Origin: Candidatus Altimarinota bacterium | GTDB taxonomy: Bacteria > Patescibacteriota > Gracilibacteria > BD1-5 > UBA2023 | Direction of reading: 5' to 3' | Assembly: GCA_031423995.1 (NCBI GenBank) | Contig: JANPGO010000011.1 | Location: 1-50,908, forward strand | Length of the DNA: 50,908 nucleotides | Shown here: positions 46,183 through 50,908 of the stretch, piece after piece | Layout: every line of letters starts with the position of its first letter | Position numbering within the stretch: position 1 is the stretch's first letter | The notes under the pieces: generated by a model | The model's input: only the letters and a program-made list of their open reading frames with translations | Database searches by the model: none | Told to the model about the DNA's origin: nothing | Translations under genes and position numbers: made by a program

Positions 46183-46845
46183 ATGCAACATGAATCCATT
46201 TTCCTCGATCATCACTTTGAACTCTCAGAATCAGAATTGAGTCAGTTTGAGAGATTTCTTACGATTTTTCGCGAGTACAATAATCATACGAATCTTTCCG
46301 CAATTCGAGATGAAGTAGGTATTGTGGAGAAACACTTCATCGATTCCCTCTATGGAGCACCTGTTATTCTCGAGCTTCTTGAGATGAGCAAAAAAGAAAC
46401 CGAATGATTCAGGCTTCTCGATATCTGATCTGGATGATGATTCCCAGGGATTCCACTCAAGATCGTTCTTCCCGATCTGAGGATGACTCTTCTCGATTCT
46501 ATCGGAAAAAAAGTGAAGGCAATGAACCACTTTATCCAAGAACTCGGACTTACAAATATCACCGCAATACAAGATCGTGCTGAGAACTTAGCGAAAGACT
46601 CACATCATCATGGATCATATGACATCATCGTCTCACGAGCAACGGCATATATGACGGATATTCTCGCATGGTCTGTACCATTCCTTACTCCCTGAGGGAG
46701 AATCATCCTCTACAAAATGCCGTCAGAGGACGAGAAGCGAGATATACAAAAAATAACGAAAAAACTCTGACTCATTCTCGAAAATGAACAGAAGTATGTT
46801 CTCTGAGAAAAAGAACGAATTCTCTATATTTTCGCAAAAAAATAG
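46183..46845 (+). CDS. rsmG: 16S rRNA (guanine527-N7)-methyltransferase
   Basis: LLDIGSGGGFPGIPL, in which three of the glycines are TGA. ORFs 46183..46407 and 46483..46695 are joined. Ends at TAG 46843. Confidence 0.9.
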
Positions 46846-46942
46846 ATAGAGTGATTGCTTTGATATGCGGTATTGTTATTTTTTTGCATTTCTAGAAAGT
46901 ATATGATAGGATAATTGTACGCTTATCCATAATCTTCTTTCT

Positions 46943-47083
46943 ATGATCAAACAGATCACACAATTCCAGAAGAAATACAATGTTCGGCCCTACACGGTTC
47001 TCCTTCTCGGACTCCTCGCTGTGACGAATAATGCACTTGCATTTGCAGCCGTCGCACCTTTCGATCCAACTTCCATGATGTAG
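46943..47083 (+). CDS. Possible small secreted peptide (46 aa)
   Basis: Signal-like VLLLGLLAVTNNALAFAA followed by a short tail. A hairpin and T-run follow at 47118-47141. Confidence 0.3.
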   Translation: MIKQITQFQKKYNVRPYTVLLLGLLAVTNNALAFAAVAPFDPTSMM

Positions 47084-47117
47084 TGATCTCGGGGTTGTAT
47101 GCTATGTGCAAAGAAAC

Positions 47118-47141
47118 CTTCCATTTTTTGGAAGTTTTTTT
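47118..47141 (+). terminator. Rho-independent terminator
   Basis: CTTCCA-TTTTT-TGGAAG hairpin followed by T7. Confidence 0.5.
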
Positions 47142-47312
47142 ATGTTTGCGAGTAAGAATTTGGTAGTATAAGGTAAAGATTTCAGAGTAAATGATGTAGC
47201 CGTCATATAATATTAAACATTAAATATTATATCATGCAATATGAAGTCCGTGACAAAATCTGAGAAATAGTCTAGTATAACCAGAGCAACCAGTATACCA
47301 ATATAAAAATTC

Positions 47313-50300
47313 ATGCGTTTTCTCGATAAATATACACAATCATTCGTACAGCCACGTCCGTGGAGCACTGCTTGGATCGCACTCCAATGGTGAAATCTTC
47401 TTTTCTGGAAGAAGCTCACGGCAATTCTTACTCTTTTTTGTCTTCTTGCATCGTATTTTCCGATTCAAGCATATTTCTCTCGATGACTCGAGTACCTTCC
47501 CTATGCAGATGCCCTCTACGAGAAGAAGATTGTCGATGTTCCATACACAAGGAACGATATGCTCGACTATGTGAGCCAAGATGAAGCACTTCGCATAGCG
47601 ATCAATATTGGCTGATGACTGGATTTTGACTGCCATGGCTCTCGTCACCTCTCACCGAATACAGAGAATATCTACGATTGTGCCTATGCTGGATATGCAG
47701 AGAAGAAGGGAATTATTTCAGCATCCTATACACCAACTGATTATACGAGTCGTATCGCTGCAGTTCGTTCACTCGTCGTCGCATCATGACTTCAGCAATC
47801 ATCACATGGAATTCCCTATGTTGATGTCCAAAGTGAGACTGGGTATATTGCGCGTGCCTATGATGTCGGCTGTCTCCCGAGTTCGAATTATTTCTATCCG
47901 GATACCTATATCTCTCGTGGTGAGATGCTCAAGCTCTCTGACTGTATCAATACGGCGATTGCTTCATCCGTCTCCATGACGATCCCGAAGAGTCATGTGA
48001 TTGCTTCATCCTCGAATCCAATACTCGTACAAAATCAGCCACCTCTCCCTGTGGTATCTATTTCTGTTCTTTCGGGAGAGAATTCAGTATCAGATCCTCA
48101 AAACGTTGTTCCAGTTCCTCCTCATTCAAATACTGGTATAATTCAAACAGGATCAACTCTAGAATCTGGAGCACTTGCTCTTCAGGGTCAAACAATCGTG
48201 ACACGGGAAGTTATTCGTGAAAAAATCGTGGAAGCAACAGGATCGAATATCATCCTTCCACAGGCATCAAATACTCTTCTCGGCTATGACAGCAATGGTA
48301 CGCTCATCACGGTCGGTATTGGATCAGGAGTAGAAATCATCGGAGGGAAAATACAGGCACATCCACTCGTCATCAATACTTCCGAGACATTCAGTGCAGC
48401 TCCGAGTACTCCACCACAGATGAATACTGTAGTTCCTCCATCCAATCTCCTCTACCCATCAACACCACTTCTTCAGTTCCAGGGAATTCCTGGTGGAGGA
48501 GGTTCGAGCTCTATCACTTCTGTCTTCGGTAGAAATGGAATCGTTACCGCAACAGCAGGGGACTATACAACCGATCTTGTCACTGAGGGATCACGTCTCT
48601 ACTTCACGGACCTGAGAGCACAGAATGCACTTTCCGGAAGTATCCTGGCTCTGAACACTGCTATCACGACACTTTCTGGGGCGATCGGAGTGGCTTCATA
48701 TTCAGGATTTCTCTCACTCACCTCTGATGTTTCGAACCTCTCAGGAACGGTGATGAGCCTTGGGAATTCTCTCATAACTTTTTCTGGTGCATTCGGAAAC
48801 TTCGGAAGTACTCTCACAGTTCTCTCGGGTACACTCAATATCCTCAGCGCGGATGTTGGAAGCCTTTCGGGCATACTGAGTAACACCAATTCTGGACTCG
48901 TTTCTCTGGGGAATCTCATGAATACACTTTCCGGAACTCTTGCAACGCGTATAGGACTCTCGGATCTCTCTGCAACAGGAGGAATCACGTATAATGTATT
49001 AAGTTGACTCTTTGGCTGGAATGGTACTACCTCGAATATTGCCGAGTGATTAAATCTTTACTATACTCAGGGACGATTTGATAGTGCTTTCTCAGCGAAA
49101 TCAACGAGCAATCTCACAGAAGGATCCAATCTCTACTTCACTGACCTCAGAGCTCAGAATGCACTTTCTGGATCAATCGGAAGTCTGACAAATAATTTTA
49201 CGACACTTTCTGGAGTGGTTGCGACCATAGGAAGTACACTCGATACCGTTTCTGGAAGTATTCTCAATTTTTCTTGATCGCTTTCCGTTCTTGCTTCACA
49301 AGTTGCGTCTCTCTCTGGAAGTATCAGTTCAGTTTCTGGAAGTCTCGATCTCCTCTCGAATACGGTAACGACTCTTTCAGGGGCAGTATGAGTCATAAAT
49401 AGCGGGCTTATCGCAGCGAATGGAAATATTTCTACACTCTTTTCTGGTCTTTCGAGTGCAACAGGAACTCTTGCAACCATTGCAGGAAATGTTGCGACAC
49501 TTTCTGGAGTTCTCTCGGCACAAAGCGCAAGTATCACTGCCCTCAACTCAGATATTGGAGTCTTAAGTGGCAGCATAGCAACACTTTCGGGAATGGTGAT
49601 AGGAATCAATGCTACTCTCGCAACTCTCTCGGGCACTCTCGCAACAACGAATACAAATCTCTCTGGTCTTTCAAGTACAGTCAGTATACTTTCTGGAACT
49701 GTTACTGCGCAAGGCAATACTCTTATCAATCTCGGATTAAATCTTGCTACCGCAACAGGAACAATAAATGTCCTTTCTGGAACTGTTTCCACTCTTTCAA
49801 CTGATCTCAATACACTTTCGGGTTCAGTAAATGCTCTTTCAGGACTGACTTCCAGTATTGCTTCGAATCTCAACACAACGAATTCCAACCTCGCAACAGC
49901 AACAGGAAATATCCTCTCTCTCCAGAACAACCTCGCGACAACAACGGGATCATTAAATACGGTTATTGTGAACCTCGCAACCGCAACAGGAAATATCGCT
50001 ACATTTTCTGGTTCTCTTGGTATCCTTTCTGGCAATCTTGCAACAACGAACTCCACTCTCAATACTCTCTCAGGTGTTATCGCAGGAAAGATTGGACTTG
50101 CTGACCTCTCAGCAATTGGGCCTATTGCCTATAATAATCTCACAGGGAATTTCTCATTCACTTCTGGATCTGATGGTCAGGTTCTGATGATGTCAGGTAG
50201 CCAATTTGTCTGGAAAAATCCAACAACAGTCGGTTCATCAGTCACGAGTATATTTGGTCGAACAGGTGATATTCTCGGGCAAATAGGGGATTATACAACG

Positions 50301-50908
50301 GCACTTGTGACAGAATCAGGATCCAATCTCTACTTCACAGATCTGAGAGCACAGAATGCTCTTTCTGGAAGTATCGGAAGTCTTTCTGGAACGCTCGCAT
50401 CACTTTCAGGTACGGTTAATACACTTTCTGGGATGATCAATCTCATGAATGCGAACTATACAACTCTCACATTCTCAGTTGCAGGAATTGGAAATAGTCA
50501 GATCGCACTTCAAAATAATTTTAATGCGCTTTCTTGATCTGTTGCTTCGCTCTCAGGAGTCGTTCTCTGAATCGGGAATAACCTTACAATTCTTACCGCT
50601 GACGTCAATACACTTTCATGAAGGGTGAATACGCTTTCTGGCGTAGTGGATAGTGCAAATACCAACATCGCTACTCTTTTCACCAACCTCGCAACCGCTA
50701 CTGGAAACATCGCTACACTCTCAGGAAATCTCAACACCACCAACACAAATCTTACCAATCTCACAACAAGCTTCAACACTCTTTCCGGAAATGTAGTCAC
50801 CCTCTCAGGAGTCGTTGCTACCAAGATCGGACTCACGAGCCTCTCAGTCAACTGACCACTCACATACAATAATGGTACCGGACTCTTCGGCATCAATATA
50901 GCCAACTC
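47313..50908 (+). CDS. Giant repetitive surface/fibre protein (3' end outside window)
   Basis: Frame 3 runs from ATG 47313 (47313-47927 verified codon by codon) through ORFs 47925..49007, 49593..50537 and 50625..50855. It has an N-terminal signal anchor, an SLH-like segment (FYPDTYISRGEMLKL) and then heptad xxLSGxx repeats. Confidence 0.75.

Noticed and set aside
49154-50062. A 302-aa minus-strand ORF, with companions at 48599..48988 and 50510..50905, carrying periodic ...PERV/PESV... repeats.
   Set aside because: These are antisense shadows of the heptad-repeat fibre gene. The sense CTT TCT GGA periodicity keeps the reverse frame open. The sense frame carries the signal anchor, the conserved modules and the typical TGA usage.
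1-50908. Apparent mass pseudogenisation: most conserved genes are split into two to five pieces in the standard-code track.
   Set aside because: The fragments are always in the same frame and are separated only by TGA at conserved glycine positions. This is recoding, not decay. The one break not explained this way is the 1-nt frame change in the four-helix-bundle gene.
48600-50908. Regularly spaced short repeats that could be mistaken for a CRISPR array.
   Set aside because: The period is 21 nt with degenerate units inside one long open reading frame. There is no repeat-spacer structure and there are no cas genes.

Overview
The window is about 50.9 kb of gene-dense chromosome from a bacterium that reads TGA as glycine (NCBI table 25, Gracilibacteria/Absconditabacteria type). 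Almost every fragmented ORF in the standard-code track joins into one full-length gene when TGA is read through. The joining TGA codons fall on invariant glycines: RsmG DIGSGGGFPG, ABC signature LSGG, patatin SGGG and DGG, the prepilin -1 Gly, and Ogt GYGGG. Only TAA and TAG end genes. Recognisable core genes are ppa, murC, korA/korB-type 2-oxoacid:ferredoxin oxidoreductase, tsaC, miaA, dnaX, serS, ogt, rsmG and a DEAD-box helicase. Others are a THUMP methyltransferase, an HKD/PLD enzyme, an MBL hydrolase, an AI-2E transporter, three MFS paralogs, a split ABC-2 exporter, and MAPEG, TMEM175-like, NYN/LabA and HD-domain proteins. The envelope set includes a type IV pilin-like gene flanked by large lipoproteins and, at the 3' end, a heptad-repeat fibre protein of more than 1190 aa that runs off the window. 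No rRNA, tRNA or CRISPR array was found. Points for a second look: (1) an inverted-repeat-flanked cassette carrying a frameshifted four-helix-bundle (23S-IVS/Avd-like) gene, sitting where KorB loses its C-terminus and TsaC its N-terminus. (2) A family of 94-104 nt elements with CCGTCATTC...GAATGACGG termini, one retained in frame inside korA. Other hairpin repeats sit in frame in murC and dnaX. (3) Visibly A+T-rich orphan genes that still use TGA=Gly, including a possible Rx4H (HEPN-like) protein next to a protease-less Lon-type AAA+ ATPase. All functional calls come from motif reading by eye; no database search was run.
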